Positions 52,263 to 64,000 of a stretch of DNA of 64,000 bases are shown piece by piece (the stretch's first letter is position 1; each line of letters opens with the position of its first letter). Under the pieces are notes generated by a model. It did not search any database. It was not told the origin of the DNA and saw only the letters and a list, made by a program, of their open reading frames with translations. Location of the stretch: positions 673,643-737,642 of the forward strand of contig NW_002060964.1 in the NCBI RefSeq assembly GCF_000150275.1, given 5' to 3'. The DNA comes from Trichoplax adhaerens (taxonomy: Eukaryota > Animalia > Placozoa). Made by a program: the position numbers and the translations under genes.

Positions 52263-52841
52263 ATGAAATCCACTTGGTTTTATTTGGCATTATTAGTTGG
52301 TGCTTTTCTATCCACTTCGATCGTGAAGGGACAGGATGGAGGACCATCGGCTCGATTATTGGTAGGTAAAAATGTTCTCAATAATATGGTGGTGGAAAAC
52401 AAAGAATTGGTCATCAATTATGAAATTTATAATGTTGGCCAAGGTACTGCTACCGAAGTCGAATTACAAGATGATATCATCAGTGGTGATAGCATGAAAT
52501 TAGTCCGTGGAATTCTACCAGTGGTTTGGGATCGTATTCCACCCGGTGGCAACGTCACTCATGCTGTTGTTCTTAAACCGATCAAGGTAGGGCCTTACAA
52601 TTTCACCTCCGCTCGAATCAGTTATACCATGAACGAAAATGGCGATCGACAACTCTCTTTATCCACGGCACTGGGTGTCACTTCGGTCATGAATGAAAAA
52701 GAATATGATAGAAAGCACTCACCACATTTAACGGATTGGGCTATTTTTGGTTTACTCAATATACCTATCATTGTTATTCCATATTTGATGTGGTATAGCA
52801 GTAAATCAAAGTATTATACTCCTAAAGCCAAAAAAGCATAA
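52263..52841 (+). CDS. SSR2: Translocon-associated protein subunit beta (TRAP-beta), single coding exon
   Basis: Signal peptide; ARLLVGKNVLN..VE..YEIYNVG..A.EVEL.D; WDRIPPGGNVTHAVVLKP; YNFTSA; EYDRKHSPHLTDWAIF transmembrane segment; C-terminal SKSKYYTPKAKKA. Confidence 0.97.
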   Translation: MKSTWFYLALLVGAFLSTSIVKGQDGGPSARLLVGKNVLNNMVVENKELVINYEIYNVGQGTATEVELQDDIISGDSMKLVRGILPVVWDRIPPGGNVTHAVVLKPIKVGPYNFTSARISYTMNENGDRQLSLSTALGVTSVMNEKEYDRKHSPHLTDWAIFGLLNIPIIVIPYLMWYSSKSKYYTPKAKKA

Positions 52842-54471
52842 TTAGAGTATTAGTGTATCTCCATTGCTGTATCTGCTTGTGCTCTTACTGATACATTAAT
52901 GCTGTACATTTGCTATCAACGGATAATATCATTTTAGTACGCCTCTCTTGTGCGTGTCTTTCAAATTCATACAAATATTACTTCTCATCTTGTCATTCGG
53001 TTTCGGTTAGGATAGAACGATGACATGGAAAACTATTAAAGTGACTGTATTAGTCAAAGATCGCCATGTCTACTTGATTAACAACAATTTTTATCATCCA
53101 ATTGAACTAGTCTGATACCGAATGCATTATCCAGAACTGGAGAATAATTATTATTACAAAAACAAATGCAATTGTTGACGTTATTAAAACAGTTGGAAAA
53201 TGTATATCGATGCTACAGTTGTTGAATTGACTCTACTAGGTGAAGAAACTATCCATTTCTTCTTGCCCTGCTCTTCCCACACGCCAAAGCTGAAATTATA
53301 ACTTACATGAATAGATTTTCCTATTATCCCTTTCGATATGCGTATTATATTGCTTGCTGTAGAAATTTGACTGTAAGATATCAATAGTTAGCGTGCTACG
53401 ATTCTTGTTATTTTCCTAATTGCTTACACAAATTAATCTTAATCGGTCCGGTTAAATGTATTGCTTATATTACATTCTAATAGGCTAATTCACCAAGGTA
53501 TTCACTGGCGTGAAGTAGTTTCATAATCAATTTGCAACTGTAGGGATTGACGTCTGCATTGCAACAATTTACAAGTATCGAATTCTTCCTCTACTTAATA
53601 CCGGAAATTGTCAACTGAAAAGCTTCAAATTGACAATAGAGCATGATGATATTCATTCCTATGGTAGTAATTGATAATAATTCAAATTGCTTGTAAACTT
53701 TTGAAAGATTGAAGATTGAACGAAATCAGCCAACTACAAAGCTTTCTATGAAAGATACGATACAGTATTGGCCATAGTGTTATTTGAATATCTTAACTAA
53801 TGATGAACGCTGATGGCATGCTATACAATCTACTATCCGCCATACCTGCAGCGACTTCATTGATTTTTGAACGACAGGCCTTGTGCAATCTACGTATTAA
53901 TCTTTTGGTCATTAGTACAGTACTACAATAAATTTCCTTGCACAGTACTGTAGTATTATAAATACCATCGACCAAATCAGAACGATTTTCAATCGACTTT
54001 TCAACTGCACGAATTTTATAACAAGTCCTTATGACCAGTATATGTAGTACCTACTTAATGATTTTCTTAATCAGGTACAGATCACTTGAAGATGAATAGT
54101 ATGAAAAGATATATTTTAGTTTAACTAAGGAGAATAATCACTACTATACTACCAAAGTCAAAGCTAACACATCTTTTCCAACATAATTTTCAATTGATTT
54201 GCCATTCCCAATCTAATTTTGAAAATAGCGTAGCAAAATAGAAAAATGCGCATATGCTGACTTCTACGGGTATAAATTTAAACATGATTGAAATGCTTCC
54301 AATCATAGCCAGTACGCTCTGGAATACCAGCTACACTTAGCTACCAGGGTCAAAATTGAGAGTCACTCTATTTACACCCTTCGTAATCCTAACCCTAACA
54401 TGTCTTAATTCCGAAGCCCAATAGCCAGATTAAGTGAAAGTTAGGATGTTACCAGCTGAAAGAGATAGAAA

Positions 54472-57400
54472 ATGAGTGAAGATGGTACACAGAAATTGTT
54501 ACATAATCGAATCTAGACGATGAATTACTCATACATATCCCGAACATAAACACTTAGAATACAGTGTCTGCACAATCAAATAACCTCCAAAATAAAAAAT
54601 TGGCTTTAAAAATGTTACGATCGCTAGAATATGAATATATCCAACGGTTAGCTATGACAGAAGTGACAGGGTCAATTTATGGAAGAAAAAGGAAATCCTT
54701 CGCTGGTATGTTGTATTATGTCTTCTATATAGAGCAATTTCACCTAGAAAATATTGTACGTACGCAATAATAGCCACTTAAAATGGGAATACACACCTTA
54801 TATCCGCATATGTTTTGTATAACAACATTCTCCTTTGAATTATACTAACTTTCAACACTGACTTACTGAATTCATACCTTATGCAATACATCATATACGT
54901 GATGCAAGCACGTTTCCTAGAGCGGTAATATATTACTGTAGCTATAAAATTCCGCGATCCTTGGATGCGCATAATTCTACATGATAGTGCTCATTCCACA
55001 AAATCACAACAATAAGTAGCAATGTTGACTGTACTCTAAAACAGGCATATACAAGTACAGTTCGCAATCTATTGTCTAGGTCCTATCGTAGAATACGAGT
55101 ACTATAGAACATTATTTGCTAAGTATATGATTATAAATAACTGCAGTCGAGAATCTTTTAAACCCCTTTGTTACCACTAAAGCCACACATATAACATAAG
55201 CTAGCATTGTAACCATAGTAACGGATTCGCTATATTGCTGAGAATACATCGTCTATTTTGGGGGAATTAGACTAGTACTATTGGTTATGCTGGTGTGATG
55301 GTGATACTTACACTAGTGAAATACATGCATACCACGCGTAGAGTATTCTACTAACATTATCAGAGGATGTAGAATAGTTTTATGAAAGTGCTTACCGTAT
55401 ATTGCAGCTGCTTCAAGTAGACGATCTATGGGTTTGGATGATTAATAACTGCAGCCAAGGTACAAGCGCACGGTGCCAGATGTGAACTCAACAGGAACAA
55501 GTGAAAGAGGATATAAAATTCAAAGCCTTTATTGCTCCTTAAGATAAATCAATTCCTTTTTGTCCGTCTTAATGACTTTTAAAAAATGATGACGATTAAC
55601 TTACTATTGACAGCATACAAAATTCAAGTGTAGTCAATAAATGCTTTGAAAGTTATCATCTTTCTTCCTTTATTACTGGACGTCATAGCCAATTAGGATC
55701 CTTATAGGATGTAGATTTGTACATGAGAGTCAAATTTTGTCTTTACAATCATTATCAAGTCTATGTACCACTAACCGAATATATCGCAACAACGTGTATC
55801 CTCGATTAATCAGTTTAGATTAATACTCGTTTTGTACTGAAAGCATACATTAACTCCATCCTATACGGGCTCTCAACATCAAGCAATCGCGTAAATTTAC
55901 ATATATACCAGTTCTAACATGTCTCGATTGAATATTATAAGCCGCGAGTCCAACACAAGTCCAACATCCGTAAGTTTTCCATATTATATTTTATAATAGT
56001 ATTGTTAATTACAGCTAATATCCAATTAAAAATGTCATAACATGATAATCTCGGCTTTTAAGTACCTCATTTGTTTTGTTAAGAATATGCGGTAGGCGAC
56101 CATCCATATTCAATAGTAGGATAATTAAAGACTATTTTAGTAAAATCATCCATCATCTATCATAAAGAAACGACAAAGTTAATCTGATATCGTCATTACA
56201 TAGTATTATCTAAATTATTTATATTAGGGAAATGTCTTCAATGGAAATCATGTTTTACCACGTCCATCGACAAGAAGTGCTTGTTCTATTCCAATGCTGA
56301 CTCGAAGATCTGATCAGGACGATAGTTTGTCGCCGTCAATAAGGGCTTCACCGGTAGGCTAAGTTAATTTTTTATCAATTCTCTTTCAATATTATTCTCT
56401 CTTGATTTGCTGTTAAGGACATTTTTTATTTATTTGTTTAATCTTAACTGGGTCATTTTATTACGATTTTGCGGTAATAAAAGCATTAAAATTCTTACTT
56501 CAATTAATTGTAAGGACCTTGATTGCTGCGTAACACTCCATAATTATTCACAATATTAAATAATTAGATAAAATATTTTAATGCAATTACGTAAAAGAAG
56601 ATTAATTCATGCTATTAAAATTTTTAAAATAACAGCGTTCTGCAGATGCAGACCATGGATATCGACGAAACTATAGCAGCAATAGTGCACCATCTTACAC
56701 AGTTAAACAGGTCAGTGATTTTCTTTAAACTTAAAACTTGAAACTGAACAGGATCGTTCAATTTATATTGTAAATTTTAATAAAGTGCGCTGAATCATGA
56801 TAAAGAGCCATTAATTGATTACCTCACTTTCCTTACTTTACCTGCATAATCATAAATGCGTAATTGAGACTGAGGTAAATCAGTTAACATAGGACTTGCT
56901 CACTTTCACAGAATAGTAATAACTTAACTATTGATAACCTTACTGTAGTCACTTTTGAAGCTTCGATAATAATGGAAGTAAAAATTATTAAAAATAACAG
57001 CTTTGAGCTTCAACTCAAGTTGAGCTTAAAGGAAAACTCTAGTTTATTATAACTTTTTATCGAAACCTTAAAAAAAATTACAAAAGGGCGGAACTACTGC
57101 CTTAATCAACTAAACCATCAAAAAAAATGAGATTGCTAGGGATTTTAGGAATACTTTAATCTTTACCTTCTTATTTCACTAACTTGAACTACTCAACTAC
57201 TGAACTAAACCCATCTTTTCTACGCTCCGTAGAGCAGTTGGTGGTATTAGACTATCAATTTATCATTTTAAATTATTCTAAATCAAAACTAGCAGTTAAT
57301 CACTTATGAAAAGATAAATCCTACCCTAGATTCACGAAATTACTCAATTAATTATTAATCATGTTTAGCTGTAAATTATATCTTTGTTTGGTGTACAAAG

Positions 57401-60400
57401 CAAAACTTTAAAAATTCACTAAGATAGGCTAACAATCTTCAGTTAGATCTCAGAGCAAAATATTTATGTTGACACTTTATTCGACGAAAAAGTAATATAA
57501 CTTCTACTGTACGCATTTGATAATCAAAATCAGCTATTAGTTTTATCATAATTGAAGAATAAATGTAATACTAACTAGACATATTACTTAAATCACAATC
57601 TTACATTGTATAAGATTTAACAAAATTAACCCTACCGGATAAAATAGTCAAGTTCACAACATCCCATGGTGCTAAGTAGAATTTACCGTAATCGAACCTA
57701 AATAGTTATTTCTAAAGCTAGGGTACATAATACAATACAAAAATTGAAAGAAAATTAAAAAAATTGCAAAAATACGCTCAAATTATTTATCACCAATGTG
57801 CTTTATAAAATCTAACCGTAATTCAGAGATAAGTTTTTAACAAAATGCAATTACGAAACTAGAATCATTTATACAACCAAGCTCTGCTATATTAGAATAC
57901 CCATACATTAAATTTTTAAAGTGTATCTGTAATTTACAAAATACAGTACAACAAGAAAGAAGTGCTTATATAATCAATGCAATATAGTAATCTAATTGAA
58001 AATATGTTGCATCAAATCAGTTATTTAAGAGTACGCTAAGCGCTGCAATTTGACGATATCATTATATTTGACAAATTCGAAGTATTCATGCAAGCGGAGC
58101 CAGCCTAGATTGTTTCAAGTCGTAAAAATATATAAATGATTGACATTTAAGAGCGACGTTCGAAATATTTATGTTAATAAACTATATTAGATTACATTTA
58201 AACGTAATTTTAGATAAGTAGCTATTAACATAGGCCAGGCTAGTCTGAGAATTATCAAATCGCAGAAGTAGATAATATCCAATTTGCCTACAAAATACCA
58301 TTAACATTTTCGAAATATCTTTACTAGATGAATTATCTTAGAACACATCCAAAGACAAGATCCGCAGATCCTCGAGTAATTACTGATATTCCTAATTTAA
58401 CAAGGTACGATATCATATTATGTTCGATGAGTTAATCTATATACAGTTAGATGAAAAGTAATAAATTAAAATATTTACCTACTGCGAATTATTATACGAT
58501 ATCGAACGATAATCAAAGAGACGTAAGTATTTTAAATATTCTGAATATACTGTTTGAAATCTGTGTAGAAAATACAACAAATCACTCTACGATTCATTGT
58601 CGCCACAAGAATTCTTCAAAAAACGAATGCAAACAATTAGTCGCGCTAACGTGTCAAGTAGGATGGAAATTATTTACGGCAGAAGCGATGAAGACATCGA
58701 AATCAATAGATTGACCAATATTAAAGCTAACAAAATTTTACAGGTGACATAATATGAGTTAATAGCTTAAATTTTAAGGTAGTAGGGCAGTTATCATACA
58801 GTAACCACAAATTGAAACCAAAAAATTAAATTAAATCGCACTTTGTTGACGATTTACGGATACATATGAATGTTGCATTCAAATTTTTTTGGATATCAAA
58901 TTATTTATTCTAATAGTGATCGAGATTCTATTTATACAGCATTATTGACAGCTACTTTGCTGCTTTAACGGGTTACCATATTAAATTTCATTTGCTTTAA
59001 TTCATGTAGAGAAAGAATATTCCTTAATGTATTGATCTGTTTTGCCTATAAATGATCACTTATACCATGAGTAGATACTAATCCATTGCAACTACATACA
59101 TCGTAACTAATTTTATGTTTACTCCATCGCAGACTTATAATACCGATAATACTACTAGCAAATATATTTTTCAAAAGAAAATTAAACCGCGTGGTTATCG
59201 AAGAGAAAACTTCGGAACGTTACCCATTCCGAGTAATGTCCCTCTTGATTCTTCAAGAATGCTCGTAATTAGGTAAGTTTTGATGGCTATATTGATTACT
59301 TCTATATTTTCTTGCACACTTTTTTCATCTACCTTGAAATAAGTCAGCATGCATATTTAATGAACGGATAGAATAATGGTTTTTAAATCGGCTTCTACTA
59401 TATAAGCAGCTTAATTACATCTATATGACATCTAAGTTGAAGGATCTATACCATTCTTATATTACTGAATTTGTAGGCCTGCAAATGTATCTCCAAGATG
59501 CAGCAATGAAGATAAGAAACTACCGAGGTAAATATCTACCAGACCATAAAAATTTCATACTGTACGATATAAAATCGTATTAAAAAAATAGATTGAAATA
59601 TAAGCTACTGTTCATCAAACTACCATCAATATAAATACACTCAAGACTATAAATAAATCGATCGCAAATGCTATATCATAGTTCTTTATAAAGACATATT
59701 GCGAGACTTATATTTGCATGGATTAAATTTATGGTATACCGTTTACTTTACATTTTTAATAATTACTCCTTCCTCCATTAGATTAAAGCAAAAAATGTCA
59801 GAAATTCGAAAAGGATGGGTAGAAGAGAAGGTCTCTTTAAGTCCAAAATCGAAAGACCAGGCCCATCTTCATCAACCAGGAAATGCCAACAGCTCTAATC
59901 ATATCACCAATCATAATGAACCTAAAAAAGTAACATTCTCTCTAGAAGATCAGAAATCAACTGCTACAGATAAGGATACACTAGATCATGATGATGAAAG
60001 TAAAGATCAAACTGAGGGTTGGACACAAAATTCAGTTGAATTTAATGTTATCATCAGTCCACGCCATAGCCAAAGCTCTGTTAAGGCTGAAGATTTACCC
60101 AATCTATCAAGCCCGATGGAAACCAATGAACTTGCCATGTCTCAATCCGATAGCAATCATAATTTTGATAATAATCATAATTTAACCAGTAATCAGGAAC
60201 TAGAGAAATGTGACGATGATGATCGTCATATTGTGCAAGAAGAAAACAAAACTTTCAACGAACCAGAATCTAGAATGAAAGATCAAGATAATTCAAATCA
60301 AGACATGCAAAATAGCGATATATTAGCGCAAGACATAAGAGCTGACAATAATTGCGTGGATATTTCCGATCATAAAGATGATCATCAATCACATCGTTTG

Positions 60401-60514
60401 ATGCTAGATGAAACTGAGGAATTACCAATGGATACAATTCAAAGCTCGCAGCAAGTTGTTATTGAAGTTTCCAATCAATTAGTAACAAACGAAGAAGATG
60501 CAGAACAAGATTAG
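54472..60514 (+). CDS. Uncharacterised multi-exon protein, basic N-terminal/central part and acidic disordered C-terminus; 5' part of the model is uncertain
   Basis: In-frame GT-AG chain: 55941-55968 (PRVQHKSNI), ~56084-56115, 56228-56353, 56636-56710, 58328-58404, 58569-58743, 59132-59271, 59478-59527, 59782-60514 (stop). Candidate first exons 54472-54484 (MSED) and 54565-54705 join in frame, but their link to 55941 was not resolved. Confidence 0.7.
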
Positions 60515-61399
60515 AACAAGAGTATTGGGAATGTTAAGCCAAATTAAAAGCTAAACCAGGAAATTAATACTTTTTTAAACTAATTATTAGAATAAGATTT
60601 GATGATATTGAGATAAATAGATCGATATTCAGAGTATTATTTTTGAAACCCTTTTCATTCAATTAAATTGCAGAACAAAATGTTACTATGGAACGGATAC
60701 AGTTATTACTTTATATAATAGTGTTTTCAATAGTCGACCTCTTTACGAGCAGTTCCTGAATCTTCTGTAATCAATTTCAGCTCCAATCACTAGATAAAGC
60801 AGGGATACAATGTCTGGATGATGATTTAATTCAAAATTTTAAGATTCTAAAGGACCTAACTGCCAATTTCTAAATTGGTGCAGATTCTTTCACTAAGCTG
60901 TACACAGTTATTACAACTGACGAGGAGGTGCAGAAGATTTTTTTTAACTATTTTTTAAAAATTGACGCATCGCAATAGACTGTTACTGTACCTGTTTCGA
61001 AATACTTTCGTGTGTGTCATGTTAAATATTTTTCTTATATTTGAAATAACGTTAGCTCTATTACTTATCTAAATATAGTATATAAATTTTAAACCTTTTC
61101 CTAGATTTTACATATTGTGTCTAATATTTTTATTTCAACTATTTCAAGTTTCAATTATTATTTTCTACGGATAAGATAATTAATTCCTATCGGATCTTTC
61201 AATTTTTCGATTTAACTTAAAGCCTAGATTTTTACCGTATTTTGTCAATTTAATTAATATCGCTTGGCGTTATTAACCTTTTATTGTAAATTTTATTTGA
61301 CCCCATTCTGCGAGATATTTCTACTTCATTTTAGATTAAAGATAGCCTTTCAACTGCATTTGGCCAATATCATGTATATTTACTATCTGATTTACAAGT

Positions 61400-61940
61400 C
61401 AATTTAGAAGACGGTTTGCCATCACATGATGAATACTCAATGGCAGTTAGAGATTTTATGGAATGATGCAATATGTAACAGCACTGTAGCAAATACCAGC
61501 GCAAGTTAACCGTTCGAAATGAACAGATCCGATTTCTGATCACAATGATCGCCTACTCTCGAAAACAATGTGCCACAATATATGAAGCTCTAGCTTGGAA
61601 ATAGTAAAGAGAAAAATGATTTCTAAAAGCAGTAAATACCGATGGATATTATGGTACAAAAGTAGTGAAATTACAAAATTTTCTATGACAACAACTACCA
61701 AGGCAATATTGACATTAAGATATACAGAAATCAATCCAGGTTGATATTCTGATATAACAAACTATATTAATATGTGTATTCTCGCTTTCATACGCCAAGC
61801 ATGGGAGTAGGAATACCATATCCTACCAGGGAACGAGCAACTAATGATGTCAAACTATACGAACATTGCATTTTACTGTAGCATAAATTAGTAATTTCGA
61901 TACAAAATAAGAGTTCAATTTCAATGCTGACCTCGGGGTG
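61400..61940 (-). pseudogene. Decayed SLC26/SulP (prestin-like) anion transporter fragment
   Basis: Motifs in the correct order: ELLFCIEITNLCYSKMQCSYSLTSLVARSLVGYGIPTPMLGV* (cf. QELIALG..N..GS.FQ.FS...SLSRSLV..G.T), IALVVVVIENF (cf. VLAAIVIVNL), LFTISKLELHILW (cf. WRTSKIELTIW), SEIG, FATVLL. Interrupted by stops and frameshifts. Confidence 0.5.
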
Positions 61941-64000
61941 CTATAAAAAATATTACCATGAATAGAACGAATCAAGATCTAATGATGATAATTATCCATT
62001 GAACTATAACTTAATCAAAGCATGAAACCATTCTTGGAATTCTAGTATTTAAGCAACATTACAGAACTGTTTATTACTGATTCATACAATAAAATTTCTA
62101 TCTCTGCAACAGTAATCATAATGGCTTGCTGCTAATTTTTTTTATTGGCTACTTATCCGATATTTCATTTGTAACTCATTGGCTGCAATTTGGTAAATTA
62201 GTTCATAATACTACTTTGAAGAAATTCAATACTATATAATTCTTGAAATATTTTTCGCAATAATGTAATGTAAATTAGCGAGGTATGACATTTGAACACG
62301 CTCTTTAAATAAGGTGATCACATTTCTATCATATTGAGAGATAGGACAGGAGAGTAATTCGACATTTATATACTTTGATTATTTTAAAAAAGTATTCTCT
62401 CTTATAGACAAATACTTTGATGTTATGCTCTATTAGTAATATCAACTAATTAATCTGTAAGCGCGAAAAATGTCTATTGAATACTATGCACTTTTAAACA
62501 CTACAACTTGCGGTAACTTGTATTCAGATTTCTGGCATAAAGCTCTATCAAGTATTTTCCATGTATTAGTCTTTATAGGTGAGCATTATAGTAAATTGAT
62601 GGAAATACGATTTTTATAATTTATATGCCTAAAATGATATCTTCTATAAATTATTTGCACAAAATGACTAGGATAAACCTACCCAAAAGGTTGTTGATCA
62701 ATTACAGATTGCTTCGTAATAATGTACTTTCACTTCATTAGAACGAGGTCTACAAAAGTGACCTATATTCATCCGAAATTCTCAATTTCTTCCTTTATGC
62801 ATTAGATTACGAGTCCTTACTTATAACTTTGGAATTGTATAGCTTAAAATCTTATAAGTGAATTTCCACAGCAGTCCTTTACTCGGAAACCGATAAGGTA
62901 AAGATCCCTGTCTCAAGTAATATCGATATAAGAGCAATTACTAATTTTGATTGATCTTCGCATAGTAGTTTTCTAGTGCCTGTATAATATACGCAGATGG
63001 CTACTCTTTATGACTATGAAATTAGAAATCAAGGCGGATTCGTTGCTACTAGTTCATCAATCAGTTAAAATGTAACAATAATCAAGTTTTATCCTTTCAT
63101 TAAAAAGATTATCAGTTATCGAAATTGGTGTTTCAGTAAAAGGCCGCAGTGAATGGTAGCGCTAGAGAATGACTTGAAAATTTCGATACAATCAATTAAT
63201 GATCGCTATCGATAACGGCATATATTAAATGTAACAAGAAAGAAGATTTATATCATTAATACTTTATAACCTGAGATCGATTTCCTATCATTTAAAATCG
63301 AGAAAATTGACTAATACATTAACTCAGTTTGATTGTTGCGTAAGGAAATGGAGAATGTAATATAATATGCTAAGAGACAAAATAATTCCCTAATTCGCAT
63401 TGCGGCTAAATACCTTTTCAACTAGTAAACACGAATGCATCTACACGTGTTCTAGTCAAAATATTAACTTTAAACAGCTAAAGGAACAGCATGAAATCGT
63501 TGTCAATTTAAGCGTAGAACGAGAACTTTTAATGTAGTACCGTACTCGCATATAGCATACAAAACTCAGATCATAGATAGTATTCAATATCTTGTTATAT
63601 CGTATAAGGTGGAAATTCTCAGAGTGTAGCTATTTATCTGGTCTAATGTACGATAATTTGGTAAAAAATTAATTCATTCGAAGCCAATCTATCCTAAACC
63701 GTAGCTACACATACTTTCATTCCTGACATATACTTAAGTGATGACCATAGGTGCAATAAATTATAAGATATTCATGCATTCTTGAAGATGAACGATAGTG
63801 ACTGGACGGTAATTAAATATAAAGACGGCGATACCACTTTAAAGCTATTACGGACAGTCTATTTCAGATCGAAAAGTGTAAAATACCTCAGTACCATGCT
63901 AACGGATTAATGGTTAAGTAATGTTCATGTCATACACATAAATACTAGATGATGTCGTATTTCATATTTATTATTTCATAGATATAAGCTGATACAAGCA

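Noticed and set aside
51139-52369. Overlapping ORFs rich in YSTV/CTVL/VQY (also 45809-46194 and 47463-47708)
   Set aside because: They are translations of the TACAG pentamer tracts, open on both strands, with no protein-like signal.
54386-54400. CCTAACCCTAA telomere-like hexamers
   Set aside because: Only about two units; expected by chance.
60730-60960. Protein-like plus-strand frame (QLQSLDKAGIQCLDDDL...DEEVQKIFF)
   Set aside because: Contains stops, has no recognisable homology, and probably lies in the 3'UTR of the preceding gene.

Overview
AT-rich, intron-containing eukaryotic DNA. The NR3-type receptor, short GT-AG introns and compact genes suggest an early-branching animal, most likely a placozoan such as Trichoplax (inference). 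Supported genes: a secreted 10-Cys prepropeptide (+, 9510-9776); a ~20.5 kb multi-exon beta-spectrin (-, ~18581-39088; two CH domains, spectrin repeats, acidic linker, PH domain); an ERR/ER-like NR3 nuclear receptor (-, 42589-44973); mitochondrial initiation factor 3 (-, 49209-50395) head-to-head with an intronless TRAP-beta/SSR2 (+, 52263-52841); and a multi-exon, low-complexity protein I do not recognise (+, ~54472-60514). Relics: probable Tc1/mariner and Mutator-like transposase fragments (10.8-11.6 kb), a decayed SLC26 transporter (-, 61.4-61.9 kb), two small MITE-like hairpins and many local tandem duplications of ~120-210 bp. Most notable: (1) an array of four duplicated 60-nt phase-1 exons in the spectrin linker, where skipping one exon creates a TAA at the junction and would remove the PH domain; (2) a toxin-like peptide with partial colipase/prokineticin cysteine spacing; (3) (TACAG/CTGTA)n tracts concentrated at gene 5' ends; (4) adjacency of an NR3 gene and a beta-spectrin gene, echoing vertebrate paralogons. 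All exon models were read by hand from splice signals and reading frames and need RNA-seq confirmation.
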